DNA of 63,672 nt, filler included, from Sphacelaria rigidula (lineage: Eukaryota), in assembly GCA_964200075.2 (NCBI GenBank). It is 11 parts of 11 records of this genome, joined end to end, with 100 filler letters (N's around TTAATTAATTAA, not from the genome) between each part and the next. Parts side by side here need not be neighbours in the genome. Positions count along the whole stretch, not along the records: positions 34,788 to 40,484 come from CAXNAA020025168.1; positions 40,585 to 46,281 come from CAXNAA020025169.1; positions 46,382 to 52,078 come from CAXNAA020025170.1; 8 more parts are not named here. The stretch is one strand, 5' to 3'. The position numbers and the translations under genes were made by a program. Under the pieces are notes generated by a model. The model saw nothing but the letters and a program-made list of their open reading frames with translations. It was not told where the DNA came from and did not search any database. Shown piece after piece: positions 36,380 to 49,544 of the stretch (within the stretch, counting starts at the first letter, position 1; every line of letters begins with the position of its first letter).

Positions 36380-36689
36380 ACGGTAACATCACGCGTTACA
36401 CGACACGTTTCAACACCTTAAACACTGTTGAATGAGCCGCGACATGTACAGAATGAAACGTTACATTCGAACGTTACACGTGTCAACGTAACGTTATATT
36501 AGACGTTACACGTGACATTGAAACGTTTCATATAACGTTACATGTAACGAAACGTAACGTTAGTTTTTTTACGTGATGAACGTAACGTTACAAAAGTTTA
36601 ACGTGACATACGCAATGTAACGTGAACGCTGAAAAAAATTACGTGATGAACGTAACGTGAACATGTAACGTGTAACGCCTAGACCCCTG
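36380..36689 (-). repeat. Array of ACGTTAC/GTAACGT motifs ending in a CAGGGG terminus (hAT-like subterminal region)
   Basis: More than ten interspersed copies in both orientations; reverse complement begins caggggtctaggcgttacacgttac. Confidence 0.55.
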
Positions 36690-39600
36690 GAAGAATACGC
36701 ATGCAAACATACACTGTATGTATACGTTGTCTAACACCCCTCTCAGTTTTTACTACTTGGAAGCCACATCTCGGAACATTCAAAGAGAATTTCAGTATTT
36801 GGAAACGAGAACGCGATAGTTAGAAAATCAGTGTTATTCGTTTTTAACAACATGAGTATTTTTTTCCTAATTTTATTCAAAGGCCCAGGTTACATTCGAA
36901 ACGACCATGCTCCGCGGCGTGAAATATGCTGAGGTGAGAGGGGTACACGTCTTTGAAAGACAGGTAGTCACATCAGCACAGGAACCTGGCGATACAGACG
37001 CCGCTCATGACTGAGGCGCCCGGATGACAGGATGCATGTCACTGCGGAGGGATGGAGCGCGTAATACACGAGTTCTACGTTTCCAATCTAAATCAGGACA
37101 AAGTTGGCACAGGATGCTTCGAGCCGGTAGTACCGTACTGAACTGTACGATACGAACCACGCTCTGCAGGGCTGGAATACCCGCGATCCATCCGTGAAAA
37201 TTTCAAATGGTTCTCTGTCGCATTTTGAGAGCAAGTGACATGGTAAAAAAAATCCGCAAAAGTCGATTGGATGCGTGTACGAGGTATGCCAGCCGAGAAG
37301 CGAATTTGTAGTTTGCAGGCCCACTGTACGGCCAATATTGAAAGTTGGACGCTGAAATTCGGTATGGACAATGAATAGGGCATAATAAAAACAAAAACCA
37401 GTGGACACAACGTTTCTTTTGTTCATGAGTTGGGGGCATTTCACTGATACCTGAAAACTGATTATTGCCCTTAACTCATGGGGAAAAAAAAACCTGTGTG
37501 CACTGGTAGTAATTGTTTTGATTATGCCCTATTCATTGTCCATACCAGATTTCAGGGTCCAACTCTAAATGTTGGCCGTACAATAGGCGATTTAGTGACG
37601 GCGTCAGAATAAATTCGGAATAATATTTTGTAGGCCACTTACCGGCCCACGTTTGGTGTTTGTGTATTGAAACTTTGTGTGGACCGTGGCTAGGGCATAA
37701 GTGACGAAACAAAGTGGGTCAGGTTGATTTTTTTTCATTGTTCCACTGGTTAAGGACGATTTAGTATGGAAATCACCATTTTTTTACGAGAACGCCAGAA
37801 CCTCCCCCCCCCAAAAAACCTAAGGACCCATTTTTTTTATTCAGCATACCTCTGTGGTTCTTCGTCCTGAGTTTTGAGTTTCCAATTACAATTCTAATAA
37901 TTGAGATGAGGCCCAAAAGCAGTGTTCATTTCTCCTCAAAACTGCCCCAAGAACCCGAAAAATATGAAAAAGAAAACGAAAAAATTGGAAAAGCTGTGTT
38001 TTGAGTTGAATTATGCACTATAATAGCGGTTCTCCATACGAAATTTCATATCATAACTCTCAAAAACTGAGACGCGATATCCAGGTTTAATTAGTCTAGT
38101 GCATCTGCTCGTAATATAATGTTTTTAGTATGGAAACTTATGTGCGCCGTATCTCGAGATAGATTATGAATTAGGTGGAGGTGAGAGTACCTATCGTCTC
38201 CCCGTGCTCCAGGGAATGTCCACACCAAAATTCGTCGCCGTCCGCTGACTGAATCGATCGGGGGTTTCGTAAAGACATCTCCCTCACGTCTAGGAAGTAC
38301 TAGACATGGGGTTTACTTAACGAGAAAATATTGGCCCAAACTTGTTGAGCAGATGGGCACCTTCCCCTTGGTTGGATGATTGATACAATATGCGGATCAT
38401 GGCCCAACTCGTCCGTGTCGACGAGATATTGCTTTTGAGAGCTTAAATCCGTGTCTGGCTGGCCCAGCTCGTACGACAAAGCTCCAGATATCACGTGTGA
38501 CCAAAATCTACAAAAACTGCCAGTTGATTCTGACAACAAAAAAAAGTAATCACTCCCGCCGTGGTCAGTCTGTCGTGATGCTATACACACAAACCCTGGT
38601 GTCTGTAGGGCGATGTTGTCCCCTTCCCGAAGAGCTTCATAGCGGCCCACGGCAGAGTACATTCTTCTCTTCGACTCGGCTGTACGTACGGTCACGTCTT
38701 GCGTGAGACGGCGGATGAACCCCAGGGGCAGCAATCTCAAAGATATGATGAGGCCTGAATGGTGGTTATCTGTGTTACTGCGAGCGTCGACCGACAAGCG
38801 GACCGAATTAAGAGACTGTACTGGCAAGATATTCCGCAGACTACGTGCCGATTTCATTTCGTTCCCGCTTCAAATGTCGTTAGGAAGTGAAAAATGTTCC
38901 GAAATGAGTTCCAGTATCGTGCGTGATCATCCTTTCAACCCACGCGGCGCACAAAAAATTTTGTGGGTCGCCGATATTGTTGCGTCAACACCTACCTGCG
39001 GCCTTAACCTACTGTTAATACACATTGGTGAAGTTTCAGCATCATCAGTCGCCAGGTGAGCTGTGTTTGCCCGCCTAATCTCCAACACTACCACCTCCAT
39101 ATTGTCGAACAGGAATAACACCGCAAAATAATGGCAGGGGCGGCCCTGTCACGTGAAAAGAACATACTGAGCACGTTGATGTACCTATGTGCACATTAGT
39201 ATGAGGGCCATTATCATCGAAACGGGTGAATCGTTTTTCTCAGAATATTTTTTTCCCAAGACGGCCGGTGATTGGTCGCAGTCACAGATACCATCCTCTT
39301 GAAACTGTAAGAAGTAACCCCCAATCATTTGCGATGTTGTCAGCCCGAAGAACCCATTGCTCCCGCAAACCGAAAAACACGCAGCTCGAGCCGTAGATGC
39401 TTACCAGCCGAGCACGTTGTGCGACACCTTGCGCAATTTTGTTCGGAAGTCAATGAGAAACGATGATTTGTGGGAGACGCGCGCACAAAACACGCGCACG
39501 ATCAATCAGAAAGGGCAAGTTTCCTCATGTAAAATGGCAAGCGCGCTGCCGCCCTCCCTCCGACCTTGAACTGGCTTCCGGTCATATACTGTCGATGTAG

Positions 39601-39774
39601 ATGAGCAAGGGCTAGCTAGCGCTGGAGCTGATTCGTAATAGTGGTGAGTGTGTCTGTGCGTGCTCTTTCGGGGCTTGGTGTGTGCGTGTTGTGTTGCCTT
39701 GTTGCGCTTGTCTGTAGCAGTACAGAGATGTTGCATCAAGGATCACTTTGAGAACCGCCGTATTTTCAAACCTA

Positions 39775-39998
39775 GGATTCAGATCCGGGCTGTAATGCGG
39801 AAGCGGACGGCGTGCTTTTTGGACCGCATCGGAGTTCAAACACCCCTCTCGTCAGGGTTCGGGTTAGGGTCAGTGGGCGCGATCCCTGCAGGGACTGGCC
39901 CGAAAGGTCTTGAAAAACGTCGGTTCCGGGATGTTGTGAACCCCGATGCGGTCCGATAAGGACACGGTCCGCTCAGGCATCACACGGGCTTCGATCCG
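39775..39998. mobile_element. Degenerate MITE with ~70-bp inverted arms
   Basis: ggaccgcatcggagttca / tgaaccccgatgcggtcc; spacer contains gggttcgggttagggt. Confidence 0.55.
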
Positions 39999-40584
39999 GG
40001 CCTGTTGTTAGTAACCCTCGAACTGGTGGTCGTGCATACATTCTGCTTTTTATCATTGGTTGTGGGAATAACGATCGGTCTGTTTCTCTAAGGACCCGCC
40101 TGAGGGGATTCGGTTGCTGGGGGGGAGGGGGGGGTATTCTGCGTGTTTACTGTAAATTTCTTGAAGTTTAAAATTTCACGTAACCCCAAATTTACATGGG
40201 AACAGCTCCTGACTAAATACAAGACCCTACTTTCAACAAAACAGGGCAATTGACAGTACATCAAAGCCACACATGTCATTTGGCTTGTCGTGGTAGTGCT
40301 TATGCAGAGTGGCTGGGACGCTGACACTCGTGACCTTGCGATTAATACTGCCTATCCCGACCATGAGGGTCGAGAAACCACGTGAGACCCTTGAGGTCTT
40401 GGTGTTGGATTGATGCTACGATAAGGGGAGGGGGGGGGGTGTACTCATGATCATGCATTCCATAGTCATGGGACCATTGACCTTNNNNNNNNNNNNNNNN
40501 NNNNNNNNNNNNNNNNNNNNNNNNNNNNTTAATTAATTAANNNNNNNNNNNNNNNNNNNNNNNNNNNNNNNNNNNNNNNNNNNN

Positions 40585-43500
40585 TTGGTGGACGATAATC
40601 GCGCATGCGTTTTTGCCATCGGCGCCACGCGGGTTCGTTGTCCTGCAATTCAGGGTTCATGAGATCAAAGGCATTGATGCATGGACTGTCACAGTCGCGC
40701 ATGCTGTGGCCCTGAACACTACAGTTGATACAACTGTTGGCATGGCTGCTGAAGGCATTGCGTCTAGCGGAAGACGAAAGAAGTGGGTTCCACAAATGGG
40801 GGGTCATCGGTTATGAATGTCGTGGTTGAAGTCAGATAAACATCATCCCAAGTTTCCTCGGAAAACGGCCAACCGTCAAAACTCGCGCTAAATGCATCTC
40901 TGGTACTCTGAACATGCATAACTGAACCGGCGACTGAGTCGGGGGTCCATGAAGCGCGAGACGAGCTCGAATTCCTGCCGCGAGCCCCTTGGGCATGAGC
41001 GGAGGACACAACCGTAGGTTGTAAACGCGCAGATGTTGAAGGTTTGCCACGTATGGCAGGTGTTAGATTACTGTCCTGGTGTACAAAATCAGACCACATA
41101 GTATCAACGGAGGCGTAAGGCACCTCGCGAGGTGCCAAGACACCCGGAAAAAACGACCGCATCAGAGCCGGATACTGTTGAGCAACGCTATTGCGAACGT
41201 AAGTCTGACACATTGCATCGCTCGATCCATTCTGGCGTCCGACACCCGTCGTACCCGAAACCAAAAGCTTAAATTCCCGGAGATAATCCCCGAAGGGGAC
41301 ATCAGATGCGACGACAAAAGAGCTCAGCCTCTGGATGACGCTGGCTTGATCACTTTTATCAAAGTAGCCTATGAGACGCCTTTCGAAATCAGAGAGTAGT
41401 TGCGGGCCTGTCTTCCCTTGGGAACGATCCGGATCCATCTCGGCGAGGAATCCGTCGAGCACCTGCGTCAAAGAAGCAGCGACGTCGGGAGAGCGGCGGC
41501 TGATCGATTGATGCATTGCTTTGTGCAAGGGAGTCTGCCAGCCCTCTACCCAGTCTGAGTCTTCAAAACGTTGTGTGCCAGTCACATTCGCCAAGTGAAG
41601 GATGTTACAAACAGTGCGGCGGATGGACGTGATGAGGGCAGAAGTAAACTGGCCCGAATTTTCGTTATCCGCGGCAGGCATGGTTTTGATGTGCAAGAGT
41701 TTTTTCTCATCCATCTGAATATCCTGTCTCTGTATTGCAGTCACTCGGGTGGACTCAGCTCTATCGGAAGCTGCTTTTTTGCTAGCTCCCGAACGTTCTT
41801 TGCCAGCCGCGGCGGTTGCTAAAGCGCGGGCTGCAGTAGAAGACAAAGGACGGTCAGGTGTATCCGTATCGGACAAACCTAAAATGCGGGCCGAAACATC
41901 AGCCAACTGATGAACCACTTGCCTGGGGGTCTCCGAGCCCGAGGCGGGAAGAGCTGCACCGGACCAGTTCCAGCCCGATGCGGATGAGCCGGAAGAGTTG
42001 CCTCCAGCGTGCTTGCCTTTCGGCTTGCGGGGCGGGCGGTTCGGTTCGGAACTGCTTGAAGAAGATCCTCCACCGCCATGGCGGCGGCGTGAATTCCCTC
42101 CATCAGTATCATCGTCGTCGCGCTGGTGGTTTTCGTCTCCGTTGAGGGTAGCGCCGGGATGAATTTTGTAGGCCGCACGAAGCGCCGCATAAAGTTCCCC
42201 GATCGCTTCAACGTAAGTGTGGTGATGCGGGTGATCGCCAACGGTGGTCTGCAAAACTAGTTGACCCAAGGTGAGCACCGAGACGCCTTCCTTGGGGAGG
42301 AAGCCGTTCTGGTCGACATACACCCCAACCGTGTAAAACATACGTGGGGATATCAAGGCCCAGGCGGTTGGGGAGCAGTGCAGGTGGTTTCGCCGGTCAA
42401 AGGGACCGGTATAGGTCGACACAGGACGAGAAAGCCAATCTCGTTCGTGAGACACCGGTCGCAAGTTTGGCGAAGAAACTGTGTGCGGCACCGAGCTAAC
42501 TCCGTGACGCGGCGGTGTCGGAGGCGTCGTCGTGGCGGCAGCGGCCGCAGCAGGCGACGTCCTGTTGGACTTGCGAGGGATGACATACGACGCTCCGTCG
42601 GACGCCGGCAGGTGGGGCCTGAGCAAGTTGTCGGTGGAAAGCGGCGCGGCTTGATGATCAGCCAGGCGGGCCGCCGACGAGGCCGCTGCTTAGGCGGTCC
42701 ACTGGACACGATCTTCGAGATGACGAACCCGTCTTTGAGCCACCGTAGCCGCCGTACGGCCTTCGTCGAGCGCTCGTTGAGCAGCCGTGCTCGTGGATTG
42801 AGCTAGAGAGGCCTGCCGCTGGAGGTCCTTGAGGGTACTCTCGTGCTCCTCCAGAAGGAGGCGAGCAGCGGCGGCGTCGGCATCGCGTTGTTTACCGGGG
42901 AAGTTTTGCGTCAGCGCAGGCTCCTGCGACTTATTGTCAGCGATGAGTTGTTGCTGTTCAGCGCGTGGCCGGTTGGTAAAAAGGCGTAACAGCAGGCCGT
43001 TGAAGCAGTGCTCATCGCCAAGCGGAGGGAGAACCTCCACGGATGAGGGAGGGCGCACAGGAGCCGTGGTGGAGCCGCTATCGGCATCCGTGTCAATAGC
43101 AGGCGGATCGGCGGCCGTTGTCTGAGCCGGCGCAGGGGCGGCCGGAGGCGCAGCAGTCGCGGTAGCGGTAGCAGTAGCTGCGGGAGCACGAATGGTCTTG
43201 CTGGCAGTAGTGGTAGTGCGTTGGGCGTCCATAGTTACTGTCGCGAGTAGCCGTTCGAGATCTGTCAAACGTTGTTGCAGAGTACGAATAAGCGCAGCGG
43301 TGGGACGGGACGGTGGTTCGCGGTCAGTGCGTTGTCGTCGGTTGTGCGGTGAGGTGCGATCGGATCTGAAATCGAGGATTCCGGAGCCGGTGACATGTCC
43401 AAAAATATGTTTTGGATATCGTCAGCATGTACAGTGTTATCATTGCGTAAATTACGGTTCTGTAACAATGGCTGAGCAGTAGAGGTGCGCGAAGATGCAT

Positions 43501-44727
43501 GATCGGAATTGTTCAAGCGCGAGTTAACGCGCGAAGAACTTGATCGGGGCCGCGAGGCATCCTCGTGAGTACGGCCATGGTAAGTATTCACCGGGCGCTT
43601 AGGGGCGCGGGATGAATTGGAAGTATGGCGTGAACTATCTCCATATCTGTGTCCATCAGCGATATTCTTCGGGCGTGTGGAAGCGCGCAATGGATCCAAG
43701 CTTTGCTTGGAGTGACCCTTAAAACTGCTAGAACGGGAGACATGGTCATGACCAAGTCTTGGTGTGCGGCGCCTGTCAGAAGCACGAGTACGGCTCTGCT
43801 GCGACGTTGAGGAAGGGCCGGACTCGTGTTCGTTGAATTTATCATGAGTGACGAACGGAGGACGCGATGTCGCCGAACGGGTCGCCAGACGTACGGGTTT
43901 GGGCGTGGCAGGTGCAGAATCGTCATTGAATTGCACATGAGCAGACGCCGACTGGTCTTGGAGCGTGGCGTGGCAAAAACCGTAAATGCCTCGATGAGAG
44001 CTGGCGCTGGCGATGGCAATGACGCCGAGGAGGTGCGATGCAGAGTTTCCATGGCAGCATGCATGGCAGCATGCATGGCGGCAACTGCAGGTTCGACATT
44101 GGACTGCGCAGTAGGGCGCATGGGACTATCAAGAGTCGTGCGAAGGGAGTCCGTGACGGAAGCAGCCCGTGTGACAAAGTCTCTTGCTCCAGAAGCGATG
44201 CGCTTCGTCGGGACAGAATCGTCCCGAGAGTTGTCAGCCGTCAAGCGACGGGGTGCCACGGTTGAAGCAACCGTGGCAGGGGCGAGCTGAACACGTGTGT
44301 CCAGGGGCAACGACTCGACTGAGGGCACAATCCTAACTCCGGATTCCACGTTGGGATTCGGGGGAGCAGGGGCCAGCGAGGGGTATGCGACGGAATCCAC
44401 CGTTATGGGCTCAGTGACATGCGCGTCAGGAACCAATAACTCGGCCGGGTGCACTACCATGTTCTCTGAGTCCAAGTCGGAACGTGAGAGAACAGGTCTC
44501 GGCGTCAAAGTCTGGTCTTCAAGTGTTGAAGAACGAGCTTCGCTCGAATGTTGGTCTTCAGATCCCGAAGAACGAACAGCGCTCGCATACGTGCGGCGAT
44601 GTGTTGAAGGTGGCGTGCCGGTCATCTTGAAAGATTTCGAACCGCCAGTAGTAGTTTGACTCCGGGTCCGGCGAAGCGGTTGGGTTCCTAATTGAGGGGA
44701 AGAGCCAGCGTTATTTTTGTGTGACAT
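40585..44727 (-). mobile_element. Retrotransposon gag-like ORF chain (frameshifted), cut by contig end
   Basis: Consecutive intronless ORFs 43588-44727, 43265-43936, 42690-43268, 40764-42626, 40585-40807; capsid-like IQRLSSFVVASDVPFGDYLREFKLLV; CX2CX4HX4C knuckle CINCSVQGHSMRDC at 40691-40732. Confidence 0.75.
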
Positions 44728-46499
44728 GATGAGCGTACGCGGACTTTGTGCTGAAAGAGGAAGGTGTAGTATATCTGGTCTGCGGCTCTAATCAAAGGAG
44801 CGTAACATCAGGTGATGCTACGTGCAGAAGCCGGAGCTTGATCCGAAAAATACTGGATAATGAAGCATAATAGCGCCTGAGGGGACCGCAGGACCTGGTT
44901 TACTTGAGTAATTTATTGAAGCAAATTGAGGTTTGTAACAACTGTGCCCTGGTCTGATTAATACAACTTTATTCAAGTTGTGGCGGTAATAGCTAGCACT
45001 GGATTGTGCGCAGAACAGGCGTATGTCGCCGAGACAAGCGAAGACCCGAGTGTCTGTAGTGGCGCTGGTACGTGGAAGAACAACTTATACGTGTTCCGGA
45101 TGTAGCGCCACGGGTAGACTATAACTAAATGATCCCAGCGCAAGTTGAGGAACGACTGGCGGTGTGCAAATGAAAAGGACCAAAGATATAAATATATTTT
45201 CTCAGATGCGCACGAAACCTGTGCAGCGCAAGGCAGCACAAAGGCTTTTACACAGCTTCGGTTGTAGACCGCGAACTCGGACTGCGTAGTGCAGAGCGAA
45301 GGCTTGTTTTCCAACGAAGTTGAGACAACGTATATATGTGGAACAAAGGTGATGTGATGTACAACAGGGGCAACGCTGGGAGCGGGTGCCGAAAACTTTG
45401 TAGTGCACAAGCAAGGGGCACCGATTTCGAGTCCTGTCTGTTCAAATGAGCACGTAACGGAGGTTGAATTGTTTCAACCAGTAGTATTTCAACGAAACCG
45501 TCTTGGAACAATAAAGTTGTTAGTTCGAGAAGTTTTCAAAGGAGAAAAAACTCACAGTACGTTAAGCTGTGTAGTGCTACTTACCACGGTGATGTATCGC
45601 GTTGCCTTACAGCTGTGCGAAGTACACAAAAGGATTACAACAACAAAGTAGCCACAAGCAACGAAGCCAAAGCTACAACAACAACGAAGACGCTCGAGCA
45701 ACGAAGGTAAAGTACCGGAACAATCCAAAGTTCGGTGCAGACGTCCGTTATCATACTGTGTAAACACGGTCTGAACTTACTTCAGTAATTTCGTGAAGGA
45801 AAGAGACAACAATCGCGTACAATCGATACTGAAAAAAAAGAGCAGTAGCGTGCCAGCTTGGCAGGAGTTCGGGTTAGGAACAGCGGCTGGCTATGAAGAA
45901 TAGTGCGCCTTTGTGCACTGGTGTTCTGCACAAACCTGTAGTAGAAGACTTTTTTTGCAGAAAGAAAGGGGCCACAAGGCCAAATACACGAGCCAACAAT
46001 GTCGCGCCGGGCTGTTGAATCAAGAAAAGATTCAAAAGTCGTGCAGGCGGGACTGATATCGTTGGGACTTGTGCAGGTAATGTCAAATTGACAGCACGGC
46101 AAGAACAGCAAGCAGTGCGCGTTGACCCCACGTTGACCACAAAAGATGTGGCGTCGAACGCTACAGCAATTAACAGCCGATTTCAAATTTTGGGGTTCAA
46201 CACTAAAATGAGGCTGAAGTCGCATTTCTCTCTTGCAGGGAAGATACGAAAGAGTAACACAGAGCGAAAGTATCTTCCCCCNNNNNNNNNNNNNNNNNNN
46301 NNNNNNNNNNNNNNNNNNNNNNNNNTTAATTAATTAANNNNNNNNNNNNNNNNNNNNNNNNNNNNNNNNNNNNNNNNNNNNTTGTCGTACTCATTTGTTG
46401 CTTGCCTTAGTCATTTGACCATTGACCACGCATCCCTTTCGAGACGGAGCACCGAACAAGCAGAGGGGGTGTATCAGTAATAATAGATACGCCATGACG

Positions 46500-46800
46500 T
46501 TCCGATTCTCTAGTTGGTACAACTGACCCACCACTAGGTCGGAAAAACGTAAGTTCGATTTCCACCAGGTGAGTTTTGATTGATTTTTTTTTAGTGATTC
46601 TAGAGAGATGTGTGACTTTCTTCGCGGAGAGCGTGAAGACATAAATATTGAAAATAATTGCTCTACGAATGTCGTCACCGTGCGCGACTGCTGGTCATGA
46701 TCCAATCCGCGAGAACAAAATGTAAGGCGTGTACCAGGGAGAGATGGATTGATCCCTTGAGACTAGTAGATTACGGACTCGTCCCGGGGAATGGGAAGGA
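46500..46800 (+). mobile_element. tRNA-derived SINE (degenerate copy)
   Basis: GTTCGATTTC B-box-like motif; 3' part nearly matches 3494-3570. Confidence 0.55.
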
Positions 46801-48008
46801 TTGACATATAACAAGGGAAAAAATACTCATGTATATATGACAGCCTCCAAAATGGTCGATGTGCACCTTTTCCTAGAAATTCAGGCAAAGCTCTAGCAGG
46901 GAACACATTCCCGACCTTCAAGTAGTGAGACCAATCTATAGCATACTTTGGAAGCCCCCTATTTCGCACGCTACTGGTAAGGCCACCACAACCCGGTATT
47001 CAGAAAGCGGCTACGTCACGCTATTGTCTACATGCCCCGTACTAAGGAGTGTGTTGCGTACCGAGACCGCGGCTGAACGTTGACCTGCTTTGTGTACTGG
47101 AAAACTCGTCAGCGCATAAGAGATGGGGTGTGGGTAACCGATCTGCGTATACCATGCTACGTGAGCCACAGTACACGAATCTTCCAACACTGCTCTACAG
47201 AAACGCGCGTCTACATTGGGTGCAAACAGAGTCGACTCGACTAACTACTTTGCCACCGAATAGACGCTGGAACCCTGATATCTAAAACACACTGATGGCC
47301 GGAATATAGCCCATGTGTGTAGTGGGAAAAGACCTGGCCCGAACAGACTACGCGACAACCGTATGAAACGCTTGAAATCCCAGTGAACGCGAGAGTATTT
47401 TGCATTTTAGAGCGTGTGCAGCCATTCATCTGACAAGTACAAGATGTGGAACATCGCTCCGGAGCACAAAACAGCAGCCAAAGGATGGTACCCGCGTGAG
47501 CCTTAGCGGCGAGCCCGCGTTCTCATCACCTACACGATTTCAGCGGTGTGCAAGCAGATGTAACGTGCAAAACGATAGCTACAGCTTTGTATATACTGCC
47601 GGTAAAGGCCCTTGCTGCAATACGATCGTCTACACTTCACGTTCCATTTCAGGGCTCTACGTTCAAGTGACGCACACGGCAGCAAGGAAACACTGTTGAT
47701 TTCGGTAGATACTCTCATTTGATGTTTTACTGCAGTCATGATCCAGTAGGCAAAGTTTGTGCGTCGTCACTCAACTCCAGCAATTTTGACGAGCGATTAG
47801 GGGTTCTGCACCCACAGCCTCATGATACACACACAAGGAAGGAAGCAGGGGACCCCTCTACCCGCCAAGCCTTCGACGAACCCCAGTCGGTCCTCACATG
47901 AACTGTGGCTTGAAATTACTTCAACAATCGAAACGAAAAAAAAGAACTGTGAGAATGGAAAACTCAACACAAGAAAAAGAGCTGCATATTTTTAGTTCAT
48001 TTATGCAC

Positions 48009-48158
48009 CTGATCTTGAATCCTCCTCCCCGCGACATCCACAGGGGCCGTGGTCATCGCCGTGCCGTCCGCCAGCCCTCGCTGCCCGAACACGTTCCCGC
48101 GGAAATATCCCACCCCGTTACGCTCCACAACTTCTTCCCACTCCTCCAGCACCGGCGG
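48009..48158 (-). CDS. Orphan exon of unknown protein
   Basis: tttgtcag|CCG..CAG|gtgcat, 150 nt, GC3-rich: PPVLEEWEEVVERNGVGYFRGNVFGQRGLADGTAMTTAPVDVAGRRIQDQ. Confidence 0.6.
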
Positions 48159-48479
48159 CTGACAAATAACGCAAACAACGCAATGTAAATATGAGACAAC
48201 GCTCAACACAGAGCCCAAAAAAAGAATAAACACAGGCATCCTACGCCGCTGCGCCCCTGTGATGTAAATGGTACGCCAATGACGAATGAAGCGGGAAGGT
48301 TGTGGATCTGAAATTCTGACAGATGCAGTCTAAAGTCCTCTTTACAGAAACTGCTTTCCGTCGGTGAAAGTGAGGGGAGGTGAGCAGCAACAACAAAATC
48401 GACCGGAGTTGCGAAAGAGCTGATCCGATCCTCGATAACAACATGGCAGGCGTGTACTGTGCCGGGAGGGGGTGTACCA

Positions 48480-48955
48480 GGAGGGGGGGGAGGGGGAAGG
48501 GTGTATATGATCTTGCATGCCGTAGTCATATGACCATTGACCTCGCATCCCCACAAAGCCGGGGTGGAGCACGCCGGGTCTTCCCTGGACCAGGCTCGCA
48601 ATCAATCTCCAAGCGCGAAGCTCGCATGAAGGGTGAGCTGCATCCTGCTAAGGTGTTCGGGCCGAAGCGTACTGATCATTTTGCATATGGATGGCAACCT
48701 CCAATGGGTTGCTTCATTTTCTCGGGTCGCCACTCCAAGAGACAGCCATGGGTTCCGCACTACGTCATGGGTTTCCACCATGTAAATACTACAGTATGTA
48801 GTATGATCATCCCCTTTGCGCGAAATTGAGGTTCTTCCACCCCGCACGATATAATCCAGCTTGATCACCATCATGGTTACTGCGAACGAAAAACGCAAGC
48901 ACCCAAAAAAAAACGGCAACCTGCTTGCCTAGCTTACGCAGTAAGTGGCATGTTT
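48480..48955 (-). mobile_element. Long F2 oligo(C)-tailed retroposon copy
   Basis: Colinear similarity with 54935-55389; ends gggatgcgaggtcaatggtcatatgactacggcatgcaagatcatatacaccc plus C-rich tail. Confidence 0.75.
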
Positions 48956-49544
48956 TACAGTGTCATTGCCAACCGACACTAACCCAGGGTTGGGGACGGG
49001 GGGGGGGGGAGGGGCGTACTCATTTGTTGCTTGCTTTGGTCATTTGACCACTGACCACGCATCCCTTTCGAGACGGAGCATATTTTTTGGGGGGGGGGGG
49101 GGGGGGATGGTTGATCAGAATACGGACTATATTGGTCCCCAGGAAGGGAAAATGGTTGAAAGTGTGACAAGAAAATACATATATACACAAGAGTTTCGGC
49201 GGCTATCGCCGCCAGGCTCGTGTATCGACAGGCAAGATACATGAGCAACGGTGCTGATACTCATGTCCGTTGCGTAATGGTAAAGGTCACAGTTTGGCAA
49301 AGCCGTAGTACCAGCTAGCTTATGAGCTGAGCACGTTGTTCGAGGCCTTGCGCAAATCTTTTCAGAATTCCATGAGAGAATGATTTGGGCGAGACGCGCG
49401 TCCACCACACAAAAAAAAGGGTCAGCACCTGTAACATATATATAAAAATGTGTATATATATATACAAGGTTCCCCTTCGGGAGGTTGGTACAGGCCTCCC
49501 GGGGGTGACGCAAGTCGAAAATATGAAACATACTTTGTGCGAGT

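Noticed and set aside
36380..36689. CRISPR-like array
   Set aside because: 7-nt motifs in mixed orientation with irregular spacing, no cas genes, eukaryotic context.
41079..44659. Plus-strand ORFs opposite the gag-like chain
   Set aside because: Antisense shadows of GC-rich coding sequence with no motifs.
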